NCBI GenBank assembly: GCA_963681965.1 | Contig: OY820579.1 | Span: 96,001-160,000, forward strand | From: a bacterium | Lineage (GTDB): Bacteria > Electryoneota > JAOADG01 | Length of the DNA stretch: 64,000 nt | Reading direction: 5' to 3' | Part shown: piece by piece, positions 30,001-38,735 of the stretch | Position numbering within the stretch: position 1 is the first letter of the stretch | Layout of the letters: every line of letters begins with the position of its first letter | Translations under genes and position numbers: made by a program | Notes under the pieces: generated by a model | Seen by the model: the letters and a program-made list of their open reading frames with translations, nothing else | The model's database searches: none | Told to the model about the DNA's origin: nothing

Positions 30001-33000
30001 ACTCCTTCGCAGCAATCGGGCGCCAACAGCAGCAATCATTATCTCAATCTGAAGATCACGAATTGCCGGACAGGTATGTATTTTACCGGCAATGGATCTT
30101 ATCACGATCAATTCAACGAAATCGGTTCGACGACTAGTGTCCTAGCCGATACGAACCGGATGGTGATTGGCTGCTACGGTCCTGACGATATCGGAAGTGC
30201 TACCTCTTCTTACGGTATGTATCTGATCAATCAGGATGCGATTCGGGTTCACGATGCCGATATCTGCAATGTCGGTAGCACTTCAGTCAGTGGTGCTTCA
30301 TACGGTATCATGACATCGTCATTGTACGGCACCAGTGAAATCTTCAACAATCGGATCTACAACATCCGCAATGCATCGGGCGATGCGAATGCCAGTGGTG
30401 GTGTCTACGGAGCTGTGTTGAATGCCAGCACGACCGGCACCAACGAATTACGGTTCTACAACAATACGATCTCGGGCATCAACCATCCCCGTACGACTGA
30501 AACCACCAGTATTTATATGATGGGAATCTATGCTACCAGTGGTGTTTGCAATGTCTATAACAACAGCGTTCTGGTCAATCCGACCACAATTGGATGTTCG
30601 AATACTGTAGTTTATGTCAACGGTGCTACCCTCACACTGATGAACAATATTCTGATGAATCGCACTGCCAATCAATCGACTGCGAAGCATTACATCATTT
30701 ATTACTCGGGTGGAACATTAAGCAATTCTAACTACAACTTGATCTACTACCCGAATGTTACTAACGGTTCAATGGGATATTACACTAGCGAATTTTCAAC
30801 GCTGGATGCTTGGCAACAGTATTACGGGTACGATCCGCAATCGCGTCAAGGGAATCCATTTTTTGCGAATGAAGTAAACAACGATTTGCGCATCGTAAGC
30901 GGTGCAGCTTCTCCGGTCAACAACAACGGTTATACGACCGCCTGGATCACCCGAGACATCGAAGGTACGCTTCGCAACGCAACCAATCCGGATATCGGTG
31001 CACATGAAGGTAACTTCACTTCCTCGGCACCATTGACCGGAATCAAGACGATTGGCGGAACATCACCGGATTACGCATCATTTACCGACGCATTGAACGC
31101 GCTTCAGATTTTCGGAGTTGGCACTGGTGGCGTCACATTCAACGCTCGACCCGGTACTTATGCCGAACAGCTCACAGTTTTACCGATCACTGGTGCGTCA
31201 ACATCGAATCCAGTCATTTTCCGTCGCGAATCGGATCCGGTAACGATCGCTGTCGTCGGTGGTTCGGGAACAACCGACGCAGCCGTCAAGTTGAACGGTT
31301 GCGATTGGGTTACATTCGATGGGATCAATGTCACCGATCTCGGTACCAGTAGCTCGAACTACCTCGAGTACGGTTATTACATCGTCAATTTCGCCGGTGC
31401 AAACGGTGCAACCAACAACACGATCAAGAATGCGACGATCGTGTTAAACCGCACCAATACAAGTTCCTCGGCAATTTACCAGAACGTGGTTTTATCACCA
31501 ACTTCCACCAACGGTACTAACAGTTACAACAAGTATCTGAATTTGAAAATATCGAATACCCGCTGGGGTATCTCATTATTCGGGCACTCAACGTATCGGG
31601 ATATCGGGTGCGAAATCGGATCGATCAGCGGTAGCTTGACTGATCTCAATCGTTTGTCGATCGGTTTCGGGGGTAGTGACGATATCGGCAGCACCAGCCA
31701 GACCTACGGTATGTATATCAGCGCTCAAGAAGGAATCCGAATTCACGATTGCGATATCGGTAATTTGGTTTCTTCGAGTACTTCTTCGTCGGTAATCGGC
31801 GTGTACATGACGAACTGTTATGGCGTAAACGAAATTTCCGGGAGCCGGATTTACAACTTGAAACTCTCCGGCGTCGATGCCAACTCGACAGGCTCTCTGA
31901 TCGGAATTTATGTAAATAATAACACCACTGCCGGTATTGAAGTGCGGTGCTTCAACAATATGATCTCCAACTTCTCGCATCCTCGAACGGTGGAATTGGC
32001 AACGATGTACGTCTACGGTATTTGTGTCAATTCGGGTACGTGTTACATCGATAACAATAACATTGTAATGAATGGTTTGTTAGCCGGTGTCTCGAATGCG
32101 AATATCTACGAAAGTAGCAGTAACGCCAGCATTTCGCTACGGAACAATATTTTGATCAATCGAACGGCAGCTCAGACAACTTCGAAGCACTATCTAATTT
32201 ATCGTGGATCCGCTACGCTGAATGCGTCCAATAACAACCTCCTCTATATCTTGAATTCATCGAATGGATTCGTCGGTTATTATTCGAGCGATCTGTCGAC
32301 TTGGGACAATTGGTATTCCAATACGAGCTTCGACAACAACTCGATCGTCGGCAATCCTTTCCTGATGGATGAAACGAACAACGATTTGAGGGTTACCGTA
32401 GGAACGGCAACACCGATCAATAACGCCGGAACGCCGATTGCGTGGATCACTCGCGATCTGGAAGGAAACTTACGCAACGTATCGACTCCGGACATCGGTG
32501 CTCAGGAAGGCAATTTTATTTCCAGCAATCCGCTTACTGGAATTAAAACCATCGGTGGCGTGTCACCCGACTACGCAACCTTCAACGATGCGACGACAGC
32601 GTTGCAACTTTACGGTGTGGGCAGTGGCGGCGTGACCTTCCTGGTTCGCCCGGGAACTTATCAGGAAGCAATCACAGTGCTTCCGATTTATAATACGTCG
32701 ACCACTAATCCGGTTATATTCCGGAAACAATCGAATACGGTTATCGTAGCGCCAGTCGGTACTTCCGGTAACGACGCCGCAATCAAATTGGTCGGATGCA
32801 ATTGGGTTACGTTCGATGGAATCGATGTTTCGGATTCGCTCAATACCAGTTTGACGAATATAGATTTCGCCTATCAGTTGACGAACTACACCGGTCGAAT
32901 CGGTGCGACGAACAATACGATTCAGAATAGTATCATCACCTTAAATCGGACGGTTAGCACTTCACGCGGTATTTATCAGATGTTGAGTTACACTCCGTTG

Positions 33001-36000
33001 CAACAATCCGGCGCCAACAGTTACAACAGATTCTTGAATTTGAAGATCGGTAATGCCCGGTACGGTGTGTTTATCAATGCGAACGGTACTTACCACGACA
33101 TCGGTACCGAGATTGGATCGAATCCGACCGACTTGACTGCCTCGACCCGCTTCACGATCGGATTCAATGGACAGGATGACATCGGTGGTGCCGGCGCGAC
33201 CTACGGTATTTACGCTACCAGTCAAGAAGCGATTCGGATTCACGATTGCGATGTTCAAAATATGTTCACTTCGGTTAGTACCAGCAGCATATACGCAGTC
33301 TATTTGAATTCGACTTACGGAGTCAGTGAAATTAGTGGTACCCGGATTGGCAATCTGCGCAATACTTCCACCGACGTCGCAGCCACCGGCAATATCAACG
33401 GTATCAATGCATCCATCGTTTCCGGTACACATGAACTGCGCGTCTTCAATAACTTCATCTCTGGATTCACCCATCCACGTACCACCGAATCGGCGACACT
33501 ATATCTTTATGGTGCAATTTTCTCTACCGGAACCATTTATTGCGATAACAATACGATCGTGATGAACCCCAACACGGTCGGATCGTCGAATGCGAACATT
33601 TCCGCGACCAGCGCGGTGCTAACTGCCCGCAATAATATTTTATACAACAGCACCGGCGTTCAAAGTACCGCGAAACACTACGGTTTCTATTGTCCCACCG
33701 GTACGTCTCTCGCGGCGAATTACAATGTGTTCCAGTTGTTGAATACCGGCGCAGTTTTCGGTTATCTCGGCACTTCGAGTTACACGACGCTTGCGACCTG
33801 GCGCACTGGCAGCGGTTCCGATAACAATAGTGTTGCCAGCGATCCATATTTGACCGATATCGTTAATCGGAATTTGCATATTCAAGTAGGTCTCGAGACT
33901 CCGGTTAGTAACGCCGGAACTCAGATCACGTGGATTACCAAGGATATTGACAGCGAGACTCGAAGCAATCCTCCAGATATCGGTGCCGATGAAGGTTACT
34001 TTGGATTCATCGTGATCAATCCCAATCCGGCGTCAAATGCATCGAATGTACCGACGAATACTAATTTGAGCTGGAGTGCTTCACCGTATGCGACAGGTTA
34101 CGATGTGTATTTCGGACCGTCTTCACCGCCATCGTTGGTTTCTTCCAATCAGACAGGTACGACATACACTCCATCGAGCAGTCTAGTTCGCAACTCTCCG
34201 TATTTTTGGAAAGTAATTCCGCGAAATGGCGCAACAGTTGGAACCGGTTTAGTATGGTCGTTTACGACTGGTGCCGGTGCGGCGCCGAATGGACCGATCA
34301 GTCCAACGATTACTGGAGTCACCGGTAGTTCGCAAGTCATCAATTGGGTTGATAATTCCAATGATGAAACGGGATTCTTAATTCAGAGTTCGACCGATGG
34401 TTCATCGTTCACGAATTTAATTTCGGTTACGGCTGGCACCACCAGTTGGTCACATAATGTGATTCCGTCGAATACGCATTACTGGTACCGCGTTTACGCT
34501 TACAATGCCAGCGGTAATTCAGTATCGTATGCCGAAGTGAATTCGTGGACATTGGCGAATGTTCCTCAATCACCAACGATTGGAACGATCGGCTCAACGT
34601 TCGTTCAATTAACTCCGCGTAACGGCACGACCACCAACCCGGCTATTACGACCTATGCGATCTTCGAAAGCCGCACCGGTCTTTATGTGCAAGCTGACGG
34701 TACGATGGGCACTTCGGTTGTCTGGCGTACCCTGACCGATTGGGCGACGATAACAGTCAACGGATTAACTGCCAGTGCGCCGCATGGATTCTCGACCAAA
34801 GCGCGAAATGGTGGCAATGTCGAAACGGCTTTATCAACCGCCTCGACACTTACAACTGCGAGTGTATCAGAGTCGTTCGCCGGAACAAGCTTCCCGCCAC
34901 TCGGCTGGTCGATTACGAATAGCGATGGCAGCATTACCTGGTCGCGATTCACTGGAACCAATTCCGGTAACGGAACTGCTACTGTCAACTTCCCGGCATA
35001 CTATCCCGGTACCGATCAGCAGGATGTTCTTTGGTCACCGGCTTTTTCAACATTGAATGTCGGCGATGCATCGGTTTCATTCCAATGGTGGTATCAGAGC
35101 GGATATTCCGGTAATGACGGGTTGGAAGTTCTGTTATCGACCGATAGTGGAGCCACATCGACTTCGCTGTGGTTACGTCGCGGTGTAACGACCACGCCGA
35201 ATTTGGGTACCGGTACTACTGGCACGTTGAATTATCCCGCAGCATCCGATTGGTCAGCGGCATCGATCTCGTTACCAATTTCGATGCTGAACCAATCATC
35301 GTTAAGGATCGGCTTCCGGTCGTACAATCAATACGGACCGGCAGTGTTCCTTGACAACGTCAATATTTCCACGACTCAAATTCCGCGGTATGCGTTTTCA
35401 CCGACTACATTCGACTTCGGTGAATCGCCGGTTCATTCGAATACGCAGAGCAACGTTTGGGTTGTGAATCGCGGTACTGAAGCGGTACAGATCACTTCGG
35501 CGGCAATTACCGGTCCGAAATTCGCGACGGCATTTTCATTGCCGATGACGATTCCAGTGTCCGATAGTATACCACTCACACTAACATTCAATCCCGATAC
35601 AACGATTACATTCCGTGATACTTTGCGGATTCAATTATCGACTGGCGCGCAACTGACATTACCCGTCAGCGGATTGGGATTCGGCAACTACATTTCATTG
35701 TCGCGCACATCAGTTTCCTTCCCAAATGTCATTGAACCGACCCGGAGCGATTCAATCACGGTGTATGTTCGCGTGCAAGGAAATGCCTCACTCGAAGATG
35801 CGTATTTCACTACGTTATCCGGTCCGTTCAGTGGTGGTCCAAATCCGTGGGTAAGTGTGCAACCGGGCGATTCCGGCGCTGTCAAGCTGTATTTCCAACC
35901 GATGACGCAAGGAGTTTTCTCGGGATCGATCGCATTTGTTTGCAGTGCGATCAATACCGATACAATTCGGATCACACTATCCGGAACTGCGGCATTTGTG

Positions 36001-36357
36001 CCTGCAGCACCAGGTGGATTGACAATTACACGCGCCAGTGAAAATGCACTACTCAATTGGGCGCGGGTCGATACGTCGCTCAACGGCGTGCCATTGACGG
36101 TAGGACGGTATCTGATTTACTACCGCGACAATGGTACCGGACCGTGGTACTTCTTAACATTCACGGAAGGGGCGAGTACAACATCGTATACTCACGTCGG
36201 CGTATTTACTTATAGTCCGGCGATGTATTATCGGATTAAAGCTTGGATCGGTACCGGTTCGAGCGATAGTATCATCGACGACACCCCGTCCGGAACTCCG
36301 GAGGCGGTGATGATGAAGCGTTTGGACAATGATTTGATTCAGACGATGAAGCGGTAG
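24058..36357 (+). CDS. giant secreted/surface protein (4099 aa) with six ~498-aa putative beta-helix repeats plus FN3- and Ig-like domains
   Basis: Signal peptide. Repeats start PLTGxKTIGGTSPDY at 25060, 26557, 28042, 29536, 31030 and 32530 and end PDIGxxEG. FN3-like WVDNSNDETGF...YWYRVYAYN segment and C-terminal Ig-like modules. Confidence 0.88.
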   Translation: MYNLCRKSASLVLLFVVFSVFAIQAFATEISSRASKQNANTQFPVTIGSNNEIDVAVGIGSGVYVSRYPITEYYWFTRNQSLYTAAEIGRAGMISHLRWYPTTARSWANTGGSNQVKIYIGTTSSSSLTSQTYSTSGLTLVYQNNSYTGVSVANAWQEFDITDYYYNGTENLIVVTEINLANWSSPSTGEDYRNSGTSGIYLNQHWERDNTPPVVSGTLDTLRPNLQIEFSTSAPALPILVSPANNATNIAVTTAVNWTNGANTANVDLFFSNNQALVSAMDTTVRVLSASTATTFDPTGDLNAGVTYYWRVLARNAGGETTAGTIWQFTTASPPLTGTKTVGGTSPDYPTFTDAINALIAYGVGSSGITFSVRPGTYNERIVIPQITGASTTSHIIFQKESGTVTVAMAGTSGSSDAIVKLNAADYIELRGIDVLDLGTDDTNYNEYGFYVTNSTATNGANGNIIANSTITMHRANVNSRAIFQNYSITPTAQTGANSDNKYLDLKISNTAYGIFINSHSTYRDLNTEIGSTSSDLAYANRTVIGNGGIDDIGSINTTYGIYIGYAQRTLIHDCDIQNLFTSSPGTSVYGVTMMNTYGISELYNNRIFNLRNTSGSISATGYMYGVYANASSGAGNEIRVYNNYISGFSNPRTSEVTTVYLYGIYSSQSSGLCYIDHNAILMNPSTVGASTTCLQVSNTSYVRNNILANTTPNQFTAKHYIILTITNNPVSNYNSYYLPNLYGGYFGISASTDRLGIDDWRAYTSQDNQSTEGNPRFVDGSSGNLHIQAGVKTAINNTGTPIAWVTTDINGIIRNTGTPDIGPNEGIFVSTTPLMGTKTVGGTSADYATLVDAVEALAKYGIGTNGVTFSVRPGTYNGPITIPYLPDASDRTPANFIKESGTVTVTATGTSGNYDAILRLQGCDWVTFDGIDFVDGGSSSADYCEFGVWVGGTSGTNGATNNTIKNSTITMHRANSNANCVYQYSYNQPVTYAGTNNYNHYLNLKLSNARNGIYVFGNSSNYDYGTEIGSTSTDPSFASRFTVGSGGVDDIGTSGYHCYGIFAYYQDGIRIHDCDVSNVTASASGYNVYGIAISYTSGTCYLNGNRIYNLRQTYPSSATTGNIYGILLSNFAEMRVTNNMISGLSHARTTEVGSFYIYGIYQSSGTTIYVDNNSFLLNPTNGNVTNACLFLTSGTQYVRNNIFVNRTPNQTTSKHYAIYMNGGTLTSNYNLFQIPNQTNGIVGYNSSDYATLDAWQQNTGRDYNSLQGEPRFRDEANNNLRITPNVYTPINNSGTPVATVLTDAFGTTRNATTPDIGAEEGNFVAATPLTGIKTIGGTTPDYPTFTAALSDLQLLGVGTGGVIFLVRPGVYTEQLVVLPINNTSSTNPVIFQRDTGPVTLTCTGTVASNDYIVKLMGCRWVTFDGINVTDAGTSTSNYVEYGYYVTNLSGASGAQNNTIKNATIILNRVNTGSIGVMQDYSLTPVAQTGANNSNHYLNLKISNVRYGIYLRGSSNYRDQSVEIGSTSTMIGDTTRLTIGSGGVDDLSGSGSIYGIYMTYQEAVRVHDCDISNLTTTSTSSGVFGIYTSYLYGVNEISANRIYNLKNGSGDISASGSLYGAFLYAVTGTGNEIRFYNNTISGFTHSRTTEVNTIYTSGVYASNGFCYIDNNSIAITPSMISNSSTGIYIVGATTTIRNNIITNVTGTQTTAKHYGIVYNSGSFSNSNNNLFHIPNVRNGFIGYYTADQLTLDSWQGATGYDYTSKIGNPLFLNESANDLRILPGTASPVNNSGTPIVWITRDLENTTRHVTTPDIGAQEGNFISSAPLTGTKTIGGTSPDYATFTDALTALQLYGVGSGGVTFSVRPGVYSEQLVVLPISGTSMSNPVIFQRESDAVTVSVAGTSLTTDAAIKLFGCDWVTFDGINVQDAGTSSDNYLEYGYQVMNQTGANGATNNTIKNARIAMNRIYTGSYGVYQNLYVTPSQQSGANSSNHYLNLKITNCRTGMYFTGNGSYHDQFNEIGSTTSVLADTNRMVIGCYGPDDIGSATSSYGMYLINQDAIRVHDADICNVGSTSVSGASYGIMTSSLYGTSEIFNNRIYNIRNASGDANASGGVYGAVLNASTTGTNELRFYNNTISGINHPRTTETTSIYMMGIYATSGVCNVYNNSVLVNPTTIGCSNTVVYVNGATLTLMNNILMNRTANQSTAKHYIIYYSGGTLSNSNYNLIYYPNVTNGSMGYYTSEFSTLDAWQQYYGYDPQSRQGNPFFANEVNNDLRIVSGAASPVNNNGYTTAWITRDIEGTLRNATNPDIGAHEGNFTSSAPLTGIKTIGGTSPDYASFTDALNALQIFGVGTGGVTFNARPGTYAEQLTVLPITGASTSNPVIFRRESDPVTIAVVGGSGTTDAAVKLNGCDWVTFDGINVTDLGTSSSNYLEYGYYIVNFAGANGATNNTIKNATIVLNRTNTSSSAIYQNVVLSPTSTNGTNSYNKYLNLKISNTRWGISLFGHSTYRDIGCEIGSISGSLTDLNRLSIGFGGSDDIGSTSQTYGMYISAQEGIRIHDCDIGNLVSSSTSSSVIGVYMTNCYGVNEISGSRIYNLKLSGVDANSTGSLIGIYVNNNTTAGIEVRCFNNMISNFSHPRTVELATMYVYGICVNSGTCYIDNNNIVMNGLLAGVSNANIYESSSNASISLRNNILINRTAAQTTSKHYLIYRGSATLNASNNNLLYILNSSNGFVGYYSSDLSTWDNWYSNTSFDNNSIVGNPFLMDETNNDLRVTVGTATPINNAGTPIAWITRDLEGNLRNVSTPDIGAQEGNFISSNPLTGIKTIGGVSPDYATFNDATTALQLYGVGSGGVTFLVRPGTYQEAITVLPIYNTSTTNPVIFRKQSNTVIVAPVGTSGNDAAIKLVGCNWVTFDGIDVSDSLNTSLTNIDFAYQLTNYTGRIGATNNTIQNSIITLNRTVSTSRGIYQMLSYTPLQQSGANSYNRFLNLKIGNARYGVFINANGTYHDIGTEIGSNPTDLTASTRFTIGFNGQDDIGGAGATYGIYATSQEAIRIHDCDVQNMFTSVSTSSIYAVYLNSTYGVSEISGTRIGNLRNTSTDVAATGNINGINASIVSGTHELRVFNNFISGFTHPRTTESATLYLYGAIFSTGTIYCDNNTIVMNPNTVGSSNANISATSAVLTARNNILYNSTGVQSTAKHYGFYCPTGTSLAANYNVFQLLNTGAVFGYLGTSSYTTLATWRTGSGSDNNSVASDPYLTDIVNRNLHIQVGLETPVSNAGTQITWITKDIDSETRSNPPDIGADEGYFGFIVINPNPASNASNVPTNTNLSWSASPYATGYDVYFGPSSPPSLVSSNQTGTTYTPSSSLVRNSPYFWKVIPRNGATVGTGLVWSFTTGAGAAPNGPISPTITGVTGSSQVINWVDNSNDETGFLIQSSTDGSSFTNLISVTAGTTSWSHNVIPSNTHYWYRVYAYNASGNSVSYAEVNSWTLANVPQSPTIGTIGSTFVQLTPRNGTTTNPAITTYAIFESRTGLYVQADGTMGTSVVWRTLTDWATITVNGLTASAPHGFSTKARNGGNVETALSTASTLTTASVSESFAGTSFPPLGWSITNSDGSITWSRFTGTNSGNGTATVNFPAYYPGTDQQDVLWSPAFSTLNVGDASVSFQWWYQSGYSGNDGLEVLLSTDSGATSTSLWLRRGVTTTPNLGTGTTGTLNYPAASDWSAASISLPISMLNQSSLRIGFRSYNQYGPAVFLDNVNISTTQIPRYAFSPTTFDFGESPVHSNTQSNVWVVNRGTEAVQITSAAITGPKFATAFSLPMTIPVSDSIPLTLTFNPDTTITFRDTLRIQLSTGAQLTLPVSGLGFGNYISLSRTSVSFPNVIEPTRSDSITVYVRVQGNASLEDAYFTTLSGPFSGGPNPWVSVQPGDSGAVKLYFQPMTQGVFSGSIAFVCSAINTDTIRITLSGTAAFVPAAPGGLTITRASENALLNWARVDTSLNGVPLTVGRYLIYYRDNGTGPWYFLTFTEGASTTSYTHVGVFTYSPAMYYRIKAWIGTGSSDSIIDDTPSGTPEAVMMKRLDNDLIQTMKR

Positions 36358-36372
36358 AAATTCTACAGTAAT

Positions 36373-36407
36373 AAAAACGGGTGGCGAGGATTGCCACCCG
36401 TTTTTTT
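36373..36407. terminator. bidirectional intrinsic terminator
   Basis: AAAAACGGGTGGCGA-GGA-TTGCCACCCGTTTTTTT. Confidence 0.85.
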
Positions 36408-36430
36408 GTCGGTGATATCTCAATTGTATA

Positions 36431-36544
36431 CAGTGGTTCTATAAAATCAGTTGTCATGATTCGGTGTCAGGCTTCGCCTGACCTGCGGGCGGACACGGGG
36501 TTCCGCACCTACTACCGATAACAACTTATTTTCAAGAGATACTA
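36431..36544 (-). mobile_element. REP-containing MITE-like element, copy D (114 bp)
   Basis: Same structure as copy A, with two substitutions in the REP arm. Confidence 0.8.
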
Positions 36545-36548
36545 TACA

Positions 36549-36797
36549 CTAATGCGAAAGACATTTCGGACACCGGATATGCTCGGTGCGAAATATTTCT
36601 ACCGTACCGACTCCATGACAAGCATAACAGGTTTTTTCCAATGCATCGTTGCCACTACCATGACAAAAAGTGCACTGCACCTTCACTTCACACAATCGAT
36701 CAATCCAACCAGTATCATTGCAATTGGGACACTGTCGATCCGAAATTTGCGAATTCTTTTGGGAAGATATTTTAGTATTATCGAACTGCTGCGACAT
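36549..36797 (-). CDS. small DnaJ-type Cys-rich zinc-finger protein (82 aa)
   Basis: CPNCNDTG, CTFCHGSG, CYACHGVG and CPKC. ATG 36797 overlaps the 3' end of the protease gene. Confidence 0.75.
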   Translation of the reverse strand: MSQQFDNTKISSQKNSQISDRQCPNCNDTGWIDRLCEVKVQCTFCHGSGNDALEKTCYACHGVGTVEIFRTEHIRCPKCLSH

Positions 36798-37254
36798 CTT
36801 TATCAATCCACTCTTCAATTAACTGAACTGCAACAGGAAGCGCATTTCGAACCGATTCCGAAATACCCTCCGATAGGGTTACCAAGTCTTCCGCCTCGAC
36901 CGTCAGAATGTCGACAGTGGTCGGCATGGTGTAACCGAGATTCTCACCCAATCGTAATGCAACTGGCAGATTGATCTGGTGATTCGACATTAATCTTACC
37001 GTTGGAATTGGATCACTAGCGGACAATATTCGAATTGTACCCGGTGTATCTCGCTGCGTCTGAATGGTATCGACAATCAGGACCCGATCGCGACCATTCA
37101 ACAGATCGAGTAACGCGAATCCGGCGATCGCAGCCGCGGTTACGTCCGCGATCGCCGATACCTCCCCCTTTTCCCGCAAGAGATCTGCAATTTTAAAACC
37201 GAAACCGTCGTCACTGATGATCTCATTTCCCAAACAGAGAATTAACGGTTTCAA
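36778..37254 (-). CDS. [NiFe]-hydrogenase maturation endopeptidase
   Basis: LCLGNEIISDDGFG, LIVD and SNHQINL motifs. The TTG start at 37254 overlaps the mvhA stop and has GGAGGA upstream. Confidence 0.9.
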   Translation of the reverse strand: MKPLILCLGNEIISDDGFGFKIADLLREKGEVSAIADVTAAAIAGFALLDLLNGRDRVLIVDTIQTQRDTPGTIRILSASDPIPTVRLMSNHQINLPVALRLGENLGYTMPTTVDILTVEAEDLVTLSEGISESVRNALPVAVQLIEEWIDKDVAAVR

Positions 37255-38735
37255 CAATTCCTCCGGGTACTTCCGACAATCTCGCCAGTCTCGGCATCGT
37301 GAATAACAATTTCCAATGGGAGCGATCCATTCAGCGAATGCGTCGCGCAACCAAAGCAGGGATCATAGGCGCGAAACGCCATTTCGATTCGATTCAGCAT
37401 CCCGTCGGTGATCTCTGTTCCCTTTTTGATCAACCCTTCCGCAGCTTTCTTAATCGACATTGTGATCGGCGCGTTGTTGTTGGTCGTACCGACAATGAGA
37501 TTCGCTTCCGTCACGATTCCGTTTTGATCGGTCTTGTAATGATGGGTCAATATTCCGCGCGGTGCTTCGACAATTCCGACTCCCTCTCCCACGATACCCG
37601 TTGGAATCGTTTGAATTTCATCGGAAGTAATTTCTTCGTCTTGTGCTCCAGCGAGGGTCGCTTCACAGGCATACACCATCTCGACAACACGTGCCCAGTG
37701 CGTTGCCAAGGTCTGTTGTACCATGGTTTTACCGCTGCGATCGCCAGTGAGGGTATCGTAAAAACGCTCGTACTCTGCTTGCGCCAGCGGTGTCGCCATG
37801 CCATCGGAGACATTCAATCGCGACAGCGGCGATGCTTTGTATACCCCGGACGTAACACCGTCGACAAAGCCATTCCAACCGACTTTCTTGAGGTAGGGAT
37901 ACTTCAAATAGCTGTAAGTTTCAACATGCTCAGCGATATGTTCGAGATAGTCTTTCGGTTGATATCGACAGAATTCCTTTCCGTCGGGATCGACTACGCG
38001 AACCGTGCCATCGTAAAAATTCACTTTATTGTGTTCATCGACCAGACCAATATTATAGGTCTTGTGGGTGTAAGCATCGGAAAGAATCATATCGACATAC
38101 GCTTGATTCGCAAGCACAATATCGTCGAACACTTTGATCGTGAATTTCGCAAACTCCACCATCGCTTTGCCAATTTCGATCAACTCCTCACGCTCGGCTT
38201 TCGAAACACGTTTGGCGTTGCCTCCGGGAATGGCTGTTACAGGATGGACTTTCTTTCCACCGATGATCTCGATCACACGCTGACTGCGAGCACGATGAGC
38301 AATGACTTTCTTTCCGGCTTCGATACCGACTTTTGCAATGACTCCCAAAATATTACGTTCGGCAGCAGGGGCATCCGGTCCGACGACAAAATCGGGACCG
38401 CCGAGAGCGTAGAAATGGGTCGCATGATCCCCGGCATAAAAACCGTTATACATCAGCGAACGCAATTTGAATGCCGCTGGCGGGATCGTCACGCCATACA
38501 CGGCATCGGTCGCTTTTGCCGCAGCCAAGTGGTGCGCGTCAGGACAGACACCGCAAATCCGGGTGGTGATCCGTGCCAGTTCTTCAACTGGACGACCTTG
38601 ACAGAATTTTTCAAACCCGCGTAGTTCCGGAATTTGGAAGTAGCAATTTGCAATGGATCCATCGTCGTTGACGAAGAGTTGAATTTTACCATGACCCTCG
38701 AGTCGAGTGATTGGATCAATCGTAATCGATTTCAT
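37251..38735 (-). CDS. mvhA: group 3c [NiFe]-hydrogenase large subunit
   Basis: ITRLEGHG, L1 RICGVCPDAH, VEAPRG and L2 RAYDPCFGCATH followed by a cleavable tail. Adjacent to mvhG, mvhD and hdr genes. Confidence 0.92.
   Translation of the reverse strand: MKSITIDPITRLEGHGKIQLFVNDDGSIANCYFQIPELRGFEKFCQGRPVEELARITTRICGVCPDAHHLAAAKATDAVYGVTIPPAAFKLRSLMYNGFYAGDHATHFYALGGPDFVVGPDAPAAERNILGVIAKVGIEAGKKVIAHRARSQRVIEIIGGKKVHPVTAIPGGNAKRVSKAEREELIEIGKAMVEFAKFTIKVFDDIVLANQAYVDMILSDAYTHKTYNIGLVDEHNKVNFYDGTVRVVDPDGKEFCRYQPKDYLEHIAEHVETYSYLKYPYLKKVGWNGFVDGVTSGVYKASPLSRLNVSDGMATPLAQAEYERFYDTLTGDRSGKTMVQQTLATHWARVVEMVYACEATLAGAQDEEITSDEIQTIPTGIVGEGVGIVEAPRGILTHHYKTDQNGIVTEANLIVGTTNNNAPITMSIKKAAEGLIKKGTEITDGMLNRIEMAFRAYDPCFGCATHSLNGSLPLEIVIHDAETGEIVGSTRRNC

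Noticed and set aside
25060-33996. Diversity-generating retroelement or recent gene-conversion cassettes in the repeat proteins
   Set aside because: The repeats are diverged throughout with no adenine-specific pattern, and no reverse transcriptase or recombinase is in the window.
36549-36797. Diheme cytochrome c (two CxxCH motifs)
   Set aside because: No signal peptide, and the motifs continue as CxxCxGxG, the DnaJ zinc-finger pattern.
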